Shown in pieces: positions 18,184 to 25,723 of a stretch of DNA of 34,429 bases. The stretch's first letter is position 1. Every line of letters begins with the position of its first letter. Below the pieces are notes generated by a model. It saw only the letters and a list, made by a program, of their open reading frames with translations, did no database searches and was not told where the DNA came from. This DNA is from a virus. The stretch lies in IMG/VR virus record IMGVR_UViG_3300020613_000003. One strand, written 5' to 3'. Position numbers and translations under genes: made by a program.

Positions 18184-18612
18184 ATGAAATTCGAATACGA
18201 TTCAAAATCTAAAGAATATGACGCAAGCGGTGCAGCGTATGCAACTAAAGTAATTTTGAGAAACCGAGATGGCGCTTACGTCCCTGTCTTTTTGCCAGTC
18301 GATAAAATCGACTTATCAAACACTGAACTACTGAATGAAGCACTAGAGGTTATCTATCAAGAAAACTTCCCGCAACGTGCGGAAAATGAAAAATTTAATG
18401 AACTTGATAAAAAAATCAAAGAGTACGAAGCATTAAACAAAAAAGCTACTGATACCATTGCTAAGATGGAAGCGCAAATGACGAAACAGCAAGAGCAATC
18501 GAAGACAGCACAAGTAACGCTGATGAATATCATTACTAAATTTTATGAAAAAGGGACGCTAAAGGATGAAGACTTGGCTGAATTGTCTATCGTTGACGTT
18601 GAAGAAGATTAA
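18184..18612 (+). CDS. Hypothetical protein with a coiled-coil C-terminal half (tail-associated module)
   Basis: 142 aa with SD gaaaggaaa. Function unknown. Confidence 0.6.
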   Translation: MKFEYDSKSKEYDASGAAYATKVILRNRDGAYVPVFLPVDKIDLSNTELLNEALEVIYQENFPQRAENEKFNELDKKIKEYEALNKKATDTIAKMEAQMTKQQEQSKTAQVTLMNIITKFYEKGTLKDEDLAELSIVDVEED

Positions 18613-18637
18613 AGAAGAAATAGAAAGGAAAAAAGAT

Positions 18638-18784
18638 ATGATGATTAAATTATTTGCTATTAACATTGTTGATGGGACCTACCCGTTTAAACGGGTTCCT
18701 AAAGTTTTGAAGCCAAAAGTTAAAGAACAAATCGCTAAGATGGTTGAGGATGACGAGCTCTTGGCTCAGCTCACAAAAGAATAG
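18638..18784 (+). CDS. XkdX-like small phage protein
   Basis: The ATG at 18638 follows SD gaaaggaaaaaag and gives MMIKLFAINIVDGTYPFKRVPKVLKPKVKEQIAKMVEDDELLAQLTKE (48 aa), resembling the XkdX family pattern. The longer track ORF from 18566 overlaps the previous gene and has no SD. Confidence 0.55.
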   Translation: MMIKLFAINIVDGTYPFKRVPKVLKPKVKEQIAKMVEDDELLAQLTKE

Positions 18785-18797
18785 TTAGGAGTGCGGT

Positions 18798-19121
18798 ATG
18801 GTAAATCAAACCGAGCCAGATTTGATGAACTGGCTTATTACGGTTATTTTCCCCATTACCATTTCAAGTGCGAGTTTCTATTTTTCCAGTCAGTCACGCG
18901 CCTCTCGTTTAGAACATCGAATCACTAAATTGGAGGTCGTCGACCATGAAATTGAAAAAATAATTGAAAACCACAATCAACGGCTTGACAAATATCAAGA
19001 AGAACAAAAAATAATTCTAGCTCTCGTCCAACGTATGGAACATCTTAATGAGAACGTTGTTGAGCTAAAAGGAAATATTGAAGAAGTTAAAAAAATAGTA
19101 GATCGAAACTTGAGAGGATAA
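18798..19121 (+). CDS. Membrane-anchored coiled-coil protein (holin-like / lysis-associated)
   Basis: 107 aa with one N-terminal TM segment (LMNWLITVIFPITISSASFYF) followed by coiled coil. It lies directly upstream of the holin and lysin. Confidence 0.5.
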   Translation: MVNQTEPDLMNWLITVIFPITISSASFYFSSQSRASRLEHRITKLEVVDHEIEKIIENHNQRLDKYQEEQKIILALVQRMEHLNENVVELKGNIEEVKKIVDRNLRG

Positions 19122-19128
19122 TAATAAA

Positions 19129-19371
19129 ATGATTAATTTAAAATTGAGACTAAAAAATAAAATGACATTATCAGCTCTTGTCTCAGCAGTATTTGTTATG
19201 TTGGGACAATTTGGGCTTGATATTCCACACAATATTCAAGATGGTATCAATACTCTATTGATGATATTGGTTATCCTCGGAATCGTTACCGACCCAACCA
19301 CTAAGGGGATTGCAGACAGCGAACGAGCATTGAGCTATGAACAACCACTAGACGAAAAGAAAGGAAAATAG
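19129..19371 (+). CDS. hol: Holin (phi-LC3-type family)
   Basis: 80 aa with two TM segments and the characteristic TDPTTKGIADSERALSYEQP C-terminus. It is adjacent to the lysin. Confidence 0.85.
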   Translation: MINLKLRLKNKMTLSALVSAVFVMLGQFGLDIPHNIQDGINTLLMILVILGIVTDPTTKGIADSERALSYEQPLDEKKGK

Positions 19372-19372
19372 T

Positions 19373-19968
19373 ATGAGCGTACAACAATCTATTGTAAATT
19401 GGTTTGTTAACCATAGAGGTAAATTGACCTATTCAATGTATGGTTCACGCAATGGGTCAGACGGCACTGCGGACTGTTCTGGTTCAATGTCACAAGCATT
19501 GAAAGAAGCAGGCATTCCTATCCAAGGGCTACCATCTACTGTTACTCTTGGGCAACAGCTTGCAAAGAATGGCTTCTATCGTGTAAGTATTAATCAGGAT
19601 TGGGATGCCTTGACAGGTGATATTGTAATGATGTCGTGGGGTGCTGATATGTCCACATCTGGCGGAGCTGGAGGGCACGTTGGTGTCATGATGGACAGTG
19701 TAAACTTCATTAGTTGCGACTACTCAACGCAAGGAGCACAAGGACAAGCCATCAATACTTACCCTTGGAATGACTACTATGCAGCCAACAAGCCAAGCTA
19801 TATTGAAGTTTGGCGTTACTCTGAAACAGCACCACAAACCAACAACCAAGCTAACACAGCAGTAGCACCACAACAAAAGGCTTACTATGAAGCTAATGAA
19901 GTTCAATTCGTTAATGGAATTTGGCAGATCAAATGTGACTATTTGGCACCTGTTGGATTCGACTGGGT
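19373..19968 (+). CDS. lys: Endolysin exon 1 (Amidase_5 / CHAP-like catalytic domain)
   Basis: The N-terminus MSVQQSIVNWFVNHRGKLTYSMYGSRNGSDGTADCSGS... is typical of S. thermophilus phage lysins. The unspliced frame runs only 2 codons into the intron (stop 19973-19975). The 5' splice site is placed after T19968 by the P1 pairing. Confidence 0.85.
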
Positions 19969-20982
19969 TAACTAATTTTCGGCTCAGTATAAACTAGGTG
20001 AACGCAAACAAAGCGGTGTCATGCAAAAGCATGGCTAACGGTGGACATCCAGACCGGACAATACCGTGCCAAATATGATATAATAGAATCATAAAGGTGT
20101 AACGACTATCCCTTTTGGGAGTACACTAGCTCTTTGTACGCTAGTGGAAGCGCCTAGACTTTAGAAAGATGGTGTCATGAGATGAGTAAAACCAAAAACG
20201 GCATTTGTGCCAATTGTCATAAAGTATTTGAAGTTTCTAAAAAACAAAATACAAAAATAAAAAACGGTAAATCAGTTTTTTGTTCAGAAAATTGTTCTTT
20301 AGAAAAATACGGAAAAACCAAAATTACAATTTCTGAAATCCCTTGTTATAGATGCAAAAAGATGTTTTATCCTACATATAGCCAATATAAAAGATATAAA
20401 TATAATAATTATATTTCTCTTTCGTTTTGCTCAAATAAATGTAGGTGGAAAAAAGAATATCCTTTCGTGTATCACAATGATTATGTTAGTGTCTTTGTGA
20501 AAGGGAAAGAAATTTTACTTGATTTTGATGTTTTTGAAAAATATACTAAAACACTATATATTCATAGTGACAAAACAAATGGTTATAATTCTGTATGGGT
20601 GTTCCATGAAGGGAAAAAGGTCCTTTCAAGGTTTATCATGTCTGTTACAGACAAAACCCAATATGTTGACCATATAAACGGAAATCCCTTAGATAATAGA
20701 AGAAGAAATTTAAGGGTGGTAAGTCACCAAGAAAACATGATGAACAAAAAAACTTATAAAAATAACACTTCTAAAATAAAAGGTGTTCACTTAAATAAAA
20801 AAGGTTTGTGGGTTGCTAGAATACAAGTTGGAAATAAACGAATTTTTCTAGGTTCATCTAAAGATAAATCAGTTGCTGAAAAATTAAGGATTGAAGCAGA
20901 AAAGAAGTATTTTGGTAAGTTTGACAGAAAATATCTAAAGTAAGATATAGTCTAATCCCACTAGGAATAGTGGGTAGTAATG
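19969..20982 (+). mobile_element. Group I self-splicing intron interrupting the lysin gene
   Basis: P1 pairs exon actgggt (19962-19968) with intron gctcagt plus G19982, giving a U:G wobble at the splice site. P10 candidate: gaaaa (20984-20988) with ttttc (19976-19980). P7 candidate: tagact (20155-60) with agtcta (20949-54). A P9-like hairpin cccacta-GGAA-tagtggg lies at 20957-74. The intron ends in G20982. Splicing restores the frame ..GFDW-V-ENGIPVDMVNWVD... Confidence 0.85.
20182..20943 (+). CDS. Intron-encoded HNH homing endonuclease with an AP2 DNA-binding domain and two N-terminal CxxC..FCSxxC zinc modules
   Basis: 253 aa. The HNH motif is VDHINGNPLDNRRRNLRVVSHQENMMN and the AP2-like domain is IKGVHLNKKGLWVARIQVGNKRIFLGSSKDKSVAEKLRIEAEKKYFGKF. 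Composition is markedly AT-rich relative to the flanking exons. Confidence 0.9.
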   Translation: MSKTKNGICANCHKVFEVSKKQNTKIKNGKSVFCSENCSLEKYGKTKITISEIPCYRCKKMFYPTYSQYKRYKYNNYISLSFCSNKCRWKKEYPFVYHNDYVSVFVKGKEILLDFDVFEKYTKTLYIHSDKTNGYNSVWVFHEGKKVLSRFIMSVTDKTQYVDHINGNPLDNRRRNLRVVSHQENMMNKKTYKNNTSKIKGVHLNKKGLWVARIQVGNKRIFLGSSKDKSVAEKLRIEAEKKYFGKFDRKYLK

Positions 20983-21232
20983 AGAAAACGGGATCCCAGT
21001 TGACATGGTAAATTGGGTGGATGCTAACGGTAATGATATTCCAGATGGCAAGTCTAAAGACTTCAAAGCTGGAATGTACTTTTCATTCTCTGGCGATGAA
21101 ACCAACATCACAGACACGGGTAATGGTGGATACTACGGTGGTTATTACTACCGAAAATTTGAGTTTGGACAATTCGGACCAGTTTGGTTGTCTTGTTGGA
21201 ATAAAGATGATTTGGTAAACTACTACCAATAG
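20983..21232 (+). CDS. lys: Endolysin exon 2 (C-terminal cell-wall binding region)
   Basis: The frame is open from 20984 with no SD or credible start of its own. It joins in phase to exon 1, and the spliced product is 281 aa. Confidence 0.85.
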
Positions 21233-21312
21233 ACCACGCAAACTAAAAAATAAAAAAGGAGTATATCACCTCCCGACAGACCACAATTCGGATATCATGG
21301 TGGTAGTGGTCG

Positions 21313-21342
21313 AAGCCTCAGCATTGTGCTGGGGCTTTTTTT
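21313..21342 (+). terminator. Rho-independent terminator ending the late operon
   Basis: A 10-bp stem aagcctcagc / gctggggctt with loop attgt and a T5 tail. Confidence 0.8.
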
Positions 21343-21456
21343 ATTTGACTTATAAATGATAATTTTATAAAATGTAATTGGATAACCTAGATACAATTTA
21401 TCTAGTGCAAAAGGTAAAAGACTGATTAGGTTCAGCGCCCTATAAGGGAATTCATA

Positions 21457-21495
21457 TAAAAAAAAGTCGGCTATTTTAGTCGACTCTTTTTTTTT
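21457..21495. terminator. Bidirectional terminator (A-run, hairpin, T-run)
   Basis: An 8-bp stem agtcggct / agtcgact (with one G:U pair) is flanked by A8 upstream and T9 downstream. Confidence 0.6.
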
Positions 21496-21524
21496 ATGTC
21501 ATGAGTATAGCGTTTTCTATTATG

Positions 21525-21608
21525 TTATCGATGTCGTGCTTTGTTAGCTAATTCAGACATCGACATAGAACTATTATCTAGTGAGATAATTTCTTCGTTG
21601 TTTCTCAT
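21525..21608 (-). CDS. Possible 27-aa divergent relic ORF, the only minus-strand candidate
   Basis: The reverse-strand ATG at 21608 gives MRNNEEIISLDNSSMSMSELANKARHR. It runs toward the bidirectional terminator, has a weak and distant SD, and is very short. Confidence 0.2.
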   Translation of the reverse strand: MRNNEEIISLDNSSMSMSELANKARHR

Positions 21609-21701
21609 ACTCTTTTTTTTTCCTTTATTTAATAGCCTGTTCCCAAAAATAAACAAGACGTTCCCCTGAAAAACTTTTTTTATGTTTTTTTGATTTTTTT
21701 G

Positions 21702-21730
21702 TTGACAAACGGGAACTGATTAGATATACT
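21702..21730 (+). promoter_or_regulatory. Strong sigma-A early promoter (TTGACA, 17-nt spacer, TATACT) with phased T-tracts upstream
   Basis: TTGACA lies at 21702-21707 and TATACT at 21725-21730. Three T7 tracts start at 21675, 21685 and 21694. The promoter is ~50 nt upstream of the cro-like gene. Confidence 0.75.
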
Positions 21731-21781
21731 ATAATTGTTCTAAGGAACAAGCAATAAAAACTAAATAAACGGAGGTAATCT

Positions 21782-22009
21782 ATGAAAGTTGATCTACTTC
21801 GTGTGAGAGCTGAACGAGTGGCTAAAGGTTATACTCAATCGAAAATGGCTGAATTAATGGGTTTGGCGCGTGAGCAGTATAATAAGAGAGAAAACGGAAA
21901 AATCTCATTTACCGCTGACGAACTTATCACACTTGCCAATTTACTTGGGTACGGAAAATATGAAATCGGTATTTTTTTTAAACAAACCGTTCCCGAAACG
22001 CAACAATAA
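21782..22009 (+). CDS. Cro-like XRE-family HTH regulator
   Basis: 75 aa with HTH GYTQSKMAELMGLAREQYNKRENGK and SD acggaggt. Confidence 0.85.
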   Translation: MKVDLLRVRAERVAKGYTQSKMAELMGLAREQYNKRENGKISFTADELITLANLLGYGKYEIGIFFKQTVPETQQ

Positions 22010-22197
22010 ACTATGAAAGGAAACGACATGAATGAACTAACTGGGAAATTGGTAGACGATTAAACCATATACCTCATTGCCACTCTTCCAGAGGAAGAAA
22101 AGCAAAAAAAGGATTGAAAGAAATTGGGTTACGCTATTGAGTGACTGAAAGCATTATAATAAAAAATAAAAAAAATTAAAAAAATAGAATAAAATTG

Positions 22198-22226
22198 TTG
22201 ACAAAATAAAAAATATGGTTTAAAAT
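22198..22226 (+). promoter_or_regulatory. Second early promoter (TTGACA, 17-nt spacer, TAAAAT) overlapped by an 8-bp inverted repeat
   Basis: TTGACA lies at 22198-22203 and TAAAAT at 22221-22226. The palindrome tatggttt-aaaata-aaaccata spans 22214-22235, and there are A-tracts upstream. Confidence 0.7.
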
Positions 22227-22256
22227 AAAACCATAAAGTTAAAAAAGGAGAAACGA

Positions 22257-22490
22257 ATGGAGTTTAAATACGATAAATTAAAAGGACGTATTAAAGAAAA
22301 ATACGGAACTCAAGAAAATTTTGCGAAAGCTATCGGAAAAACTCAAACCACAACATCTTTTAAAATTAACGGAAAAAGATTGTGGAATCAAGGTGAAATC
22401 ATTAAGGCTATTGAGCTATTAGACCTTTCAAAAGATGATATAGTTGAGTATTTCTTCAACTACAATGATATAGAGAGGAATCAAAAATGA
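22257..22490 (+). CDS. Second XRE-family HTH protein
   Basis: 77 aa with HTH-like GTQENFAKAIGKTQTTTSFKINGKR and SD aaaaggag. Confidence 0.75.
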   Translation: MEFKYDKLKGRIKEKYGTQENFAKAIGKTQTTTSFKINGKRLWNQGEIIKAIELLDLSKDDIVEYFFNYNDIERNQK

Positions 22491-22627
22491 AAAAACTATT
22501 TAATTTTATTTGGTCAAAAAAACAAACAGAAACAGAAGTGCCAAAATGGACTTTTGAAAAAAATGGATCAGAGCCTAGCCGTGACCGATACAACAAGGCA
22601 CACGGATTAGGAAAGACATTAATTTAA
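22487..22627 (+). CDS. Small 46-aa hypothetical protein, translationally coupled (ATGA overlap)
   Basis: The ATG at 22487 overlaps the TGA of the upstream gene and gives MKKLFNFIWSKKQTETEVPKWTFEKNGSEPSRDRYNKAHGLGKTLI. It falls below the track cut-off. Confidence 0.45.
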   Translation: MKKLFNFIWSKKQTETEVPKWTFEKNGSEPSRDRYNKAHGLGKTLI

Positions 22628-22787
22628 AGTAATATCGTTAGCTGTTTCAATCCGTAGCCACACCTCGGTGTGCGGAGTGCAACTAAATACCTTATACCCC
22701 AAAAATAACTACCTTCTTATGAAATTGAATAGCACATCGGGGGCTGGGTGCGGATTGAAGCACTAAAAAATGGCAGAAAGGAGAACA

Positions 22788-23261
22788 ATGGCAACTTTAT
22801 ATGAGTTAACAGGTCAGTTTCTAGAGATTTATAACATGGAAATTGACGATGAAACGAAACTCGACACACTCGAAGCGATTGACTGGACTAGTGATTATGA
22901 AAATAAGGTAGAAGGATATGTCAAAGTCATTAAGTCGCTTGAGGCAGACATTGAAGCTCGCAAAAACGAAAAGAAACGTTTAGACGGATTAAATAAGTCT
23001 GACCAATCAAAAATTGACAACCTAAAAGCGGCACTTTCAGTCAGCATGACTGAAACAGGTCAAACCAGAGTTGATACCACTCTATTCAAGGTTGGTTTTA
23101 GAAAATCTGAATCGGTGGTAGTTGACGAAACAAAACTACCTAAGGAGTATCAAGTAGCGACCTACAAGCCAGACAAGAAGACACTCAAAGAACTTCTTAA
23201 GTCTGGTAAGGAAATTGAGGGTGCTCATTTAGAAGAAAGGTTGAACTTAAATATACGATGA
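22788..23261 (+). CDS. Siphovirus Gp157-family protein
   Basis: The ATG at 22788 follows SD agaaaggaga and gives MATLYELTGQFLEIYNM..., 157 aa. The track start at 22770 adds 6 aa without an SD. It is the first gene of the replication module. Confidence 0.8.
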   Translation: MATLYELTGQFLEIYNMEIDDETKLDTLEAIDWTSDYENKVEGYVKVIKSLEADIEARKNEKKRLDGLNKSDQSKIDNLKAALSVSMTETGQTRVDTTLFKVGFRKSESVVVDETKLPKEYQVATYKPDKKTLKELLKSGKEIEGAHLEERLNLNIR

Positions 23262-23962
23262 TGAAAATTACTAAAGCTAAAGATATCCAGCGGACTGAAA
23301 ATTGGCGAATACTAGTTTACGGGAAAGCCGGTCTAGGGAAAACGACCCTAATAAAAAACATGCCCGGGAAGACCTTAGTACTATCGTTAGATAATTCTTC
23401 TAAGGTGCTTGCTGGTTCTGAGAACATAGACATTATTGATTTTGACCGTGAGCATCCAACTGAATTTATTAATAAGTTTCTGACTGAAGCAGATAGTTTG
23501 ATTAAGAACTATGACAATCTAGTCATTGATAACATTTCAAGTTTCCAATCTGATTGGTTTGTTGAACAAGGTCGCAACTCAAAAAATGGAATCAGTAATG
23601 AGTTACAACACTATTCACAGTGGACTAACTACTTCTTGCGAGTATTGACTGCTATCTATCTAAAACCTATCAATATCTATGTGACAGCGTGGGAAACCAC
23701 CCACGAACTCAACCTAGAATCTGGTCAGATTTTAACACAGTATGTGCCAGAAATTAGATCAAGCGTACTCAACCAACTGCTAGGGCTTACAGACATTGTT
23801 GGTCGTATTATGGTAAATGCCAAAACAGGTGCTCGTGGACTCATTTTAGAAGGTAGTGAAGGCACTTATGCAAAGAATCGTCTCGATAATCGAACGGCTT
23901 GCAAAATTGAAGACCTCTTTAAATTTGGTGATTTAGATGGAACTAAGGAATTACCAGAATGA
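23258..23962 (+). CDS. AAA-type ATPase (Sak4-like, RecA-fold single-strand annealing/recombination protein)
   Basis: 234 aa with Walker A YGKAGLGKTT and Walker B-like LVIDNIS. Confidence 0.75.
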   Translation: MMKITKAKDIQRTENWRILVYGKAGLGKTTLIKNMPGKTLVLSLDNSSKVLAGSENIDIIDFDREHPTEFINKFLTEADSLIKNYDNLVIDNISSFQSDWFVEQGRNSKNGISNELQHYSQWTNYFLRVLTAIYLKPINIYVTAWETTHELNLESGQILTQYVPEIRSSVLNQLLGLTDIVGRIMVNAKTGARGLILEGSEGTYAKNRLDNRTACKIEDLFKFGDLDGTKELPE

Positions 23963-25268
23963 TCTTGTTAATGGGATCAAGCAATCAATCTTAAGAGGTA
24001 ATAAGCGTATCATGGTGCAGTCACCACCCCGCAGTGGGAAGACAGTAGTAATGGCTCATATCACTAAAAACGCAACAGATAAAGGTAACACTGTTCTATT
24101 CTTTAGCCATCGAAAAGAAATTAATGAGCAGGTAGTCAATACATTCAAAAGAAATGACGTTGACATGAACCTTGTAACCATTGATAGTGTTACTAAGATA
24201 GCACGAAACCTAGATAGGATATCAGAGCCATCGATCATATTAATCGACGAAGCTCACCATGTTAAGGCTAAAACCTATCTAAAAATTATTGAATACTACT
24301 CTAACAGCATTGTTCTCATGTTCACAGGTACACCTGCACGGCTAGATGGTAGTGGGTTTGATGATATCGCAGACGACATTGTTCTCGGAAAGTCGGTTAA
24401 ATGGCTACAGGAGAACGGGAACATCGCACCATTTAAATATTATGCCCCTTCTTTAATCGACACTACAAACCTAAAAAAGCGTGGTGGAGAGTTTACTAAG
24501 AAATCCGTAGATGACACAATGAAACGTGTGATTTACGGTGACGTGATAAGACACTATGAGAAGTTAGCCAAAGGCAAACAAGCCATAGTATACACACATA
24601 GCGTAGAAGCTTCTGAGAGCGTTTCTAACACGTTTAACGATCAAGGTTATACTTCTATCGCGATCAGTGGTAAAACGCCACCAGAGGCTCGAGAGAGGGC
24701 AATGCAAGCCTTTAGAGACGGAGAACTTACAATTATGGTTAATTGTGAGTTATTCACTGAAGGAATTGACCTGCCAAACGTTGATGTTTGCATCATGCTA
24801 AGACCAACTCAATCATTATCACTCTATTTGCAGTTTGCCATGAGGGCTTTAAATCCAAGAGACGGTAAAACAGCTATTATAATCGACCATGTTGGAAATG
24901 TTGATAGGCATGGATTACCAAACGCCGACCGTGAATGGTCACTAAAAGGTGTAATTAAGAAGAAACAGAAAGCAAAACTCGGTGAACCTACCACACGGAC
25001 GTGTGATGAATGCTACGCTACGTTTTGGAGTGCTGAACGTATCTGTCCACTGTGTGGTCACGAAAACAAACCGACAAAAGAAGAAGTTGAAATAATTCGA
25101 GAAATAGAACTCGAAGAAAGACGGCAAGAGGTTGCTAGTAAAGTTGAAACATTCGTTACTAGTGACCAATGCCAAACAGTAGAAGAACTCAAAGAGTTCG
25201 CTAAACAACACGGATATAAACCCGGTTGGGTTTATTACCAACAGAAAAAAAATAATATATGGAGATAA
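23937..25268 (+). CDS. Superfamily-2 DEAD/DEAH-box helicase with a C-terminal zinc ribbon
   Basis: 443 aa. Motif I is SPPRSGKT, motif II is IDEAHH, the later motifs include the helicase-C motif FTEGIDLPNV, and the zinc ribbon is CDECYATFWSAERICPLCGHE. Confidence 0.9.
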   Translation: MELRNYQNDLVNGIKQSILRGNKRIMVQSPPRSGKTVVMAHITKNATDKGNTVLFFSHRKEINEQVVNTFKRNDVDMNLVTIDSVTKIARNLDRISEPSIILIDEAHHVKAKTYLKIIEYYSNSIVLMFTGTPARLDGSGFDDIADDIVLGKSVKWLQENGNIAPFKYYAPSLIDTTNLKKRGGEFTKKSVDDTMKRVIYGDVIRHYEKLAKGKQAIVYTHSVEASESVSNTFNDQGYTSIAISGKTPPEARERAMQAFRDGELTIMVNCELFTEGIDLPNVDVCIMLRPTQSLSLYLQFAMRALNPRDGKTAIIIDHVGNVDRHGLPNADREWSLKGVIKKKQKAKLGEPTTRTCDECYATFWSAERICPLCGHENKPTKEEVEIIREIELEERRQEVASKVETFVTSDQCQTVEELKEFAKQHGYKPGWVYYQQKKNNIWR

Positions 25269-25274
25269 AAAACT

Positions 25275-25721
25275 ATGTTTACAATTGATTACTCACAAGC
25301 AAAAGAATTCGGATCTATCAAAGACGGTACTTACGAAGTTACTATTGATTTAGCAAAACAAGATGCTACGGCAGGCGGTGCTGACTATCTCGACATTCGT
25401 TTTCGTATTCGCAAGGACTTCCAACAAGAATTCCAAAATAACATTATTTTCTATCGTATCTTTGCTAAAAAAGAAGACGGAAAATATCCAGTAGCTTCTA
25501 TCATGAATCTTGCTAAAGCTGCAGGAATTCCTGATGGTACTAAATTTAGTAGCTTGGAAGATTATCTCAACCAGTTGGAAGGAAAAGCTCTTAAAGTTAC
25601 CGTTAAAAACGAAAAATCTGAGTGGCAAGGTAAAACCTACGAAAATCTAAACGTTAAACGTTTGGAAGTTACCGATATCCCACTTCCAGAAGTTAATACT
25701 GAGATTGACCTTCCGTTCTAA
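25275..25721 (+). CDS. DUF669-like protein (probable ssDNA-binding partner of the Sak4-like ATPase)
   Basis: 148 aa in the conserved position between helicase and primase. The family assignment is from recollection only. Confidence 0.55.
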   Translation: MFTIDYSQAKEFGSIKDGTYEVTIDLAKQDATAGGADYLDIRFRIRKDFQQEFQNNIIFYRIFAKKEDGKYPVASIMNLAKAAGIPDGTKFSSLEDYLNQLEGKALKVTVKNEKSEWQGKTYENLNVKRLEVTDIPLPEVNTEIDLPF

Positions 25722-25723
25722 TT

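Noticed and set aside
21005-21232. A 75-aa ORF called as an independent gene after the endonuclease
   Set aside because: It has no SD, its frame is open upstream to 20984, and it joins in phase to the lysin 5' exon once the intron is removed. It is lysin exon 2.
22013-22140. Short broken ORFs after the cro-like gene (MNELTGKLVDD-stop-TIYLIATLPEEEKQKK..)
   Set aside because: This could be the decayed remnant of an antirepressor-side gene. However, the pieces are 11-20 codons long, need both stop read-through and a frameshift in an A-run, and match nothing I recognise.
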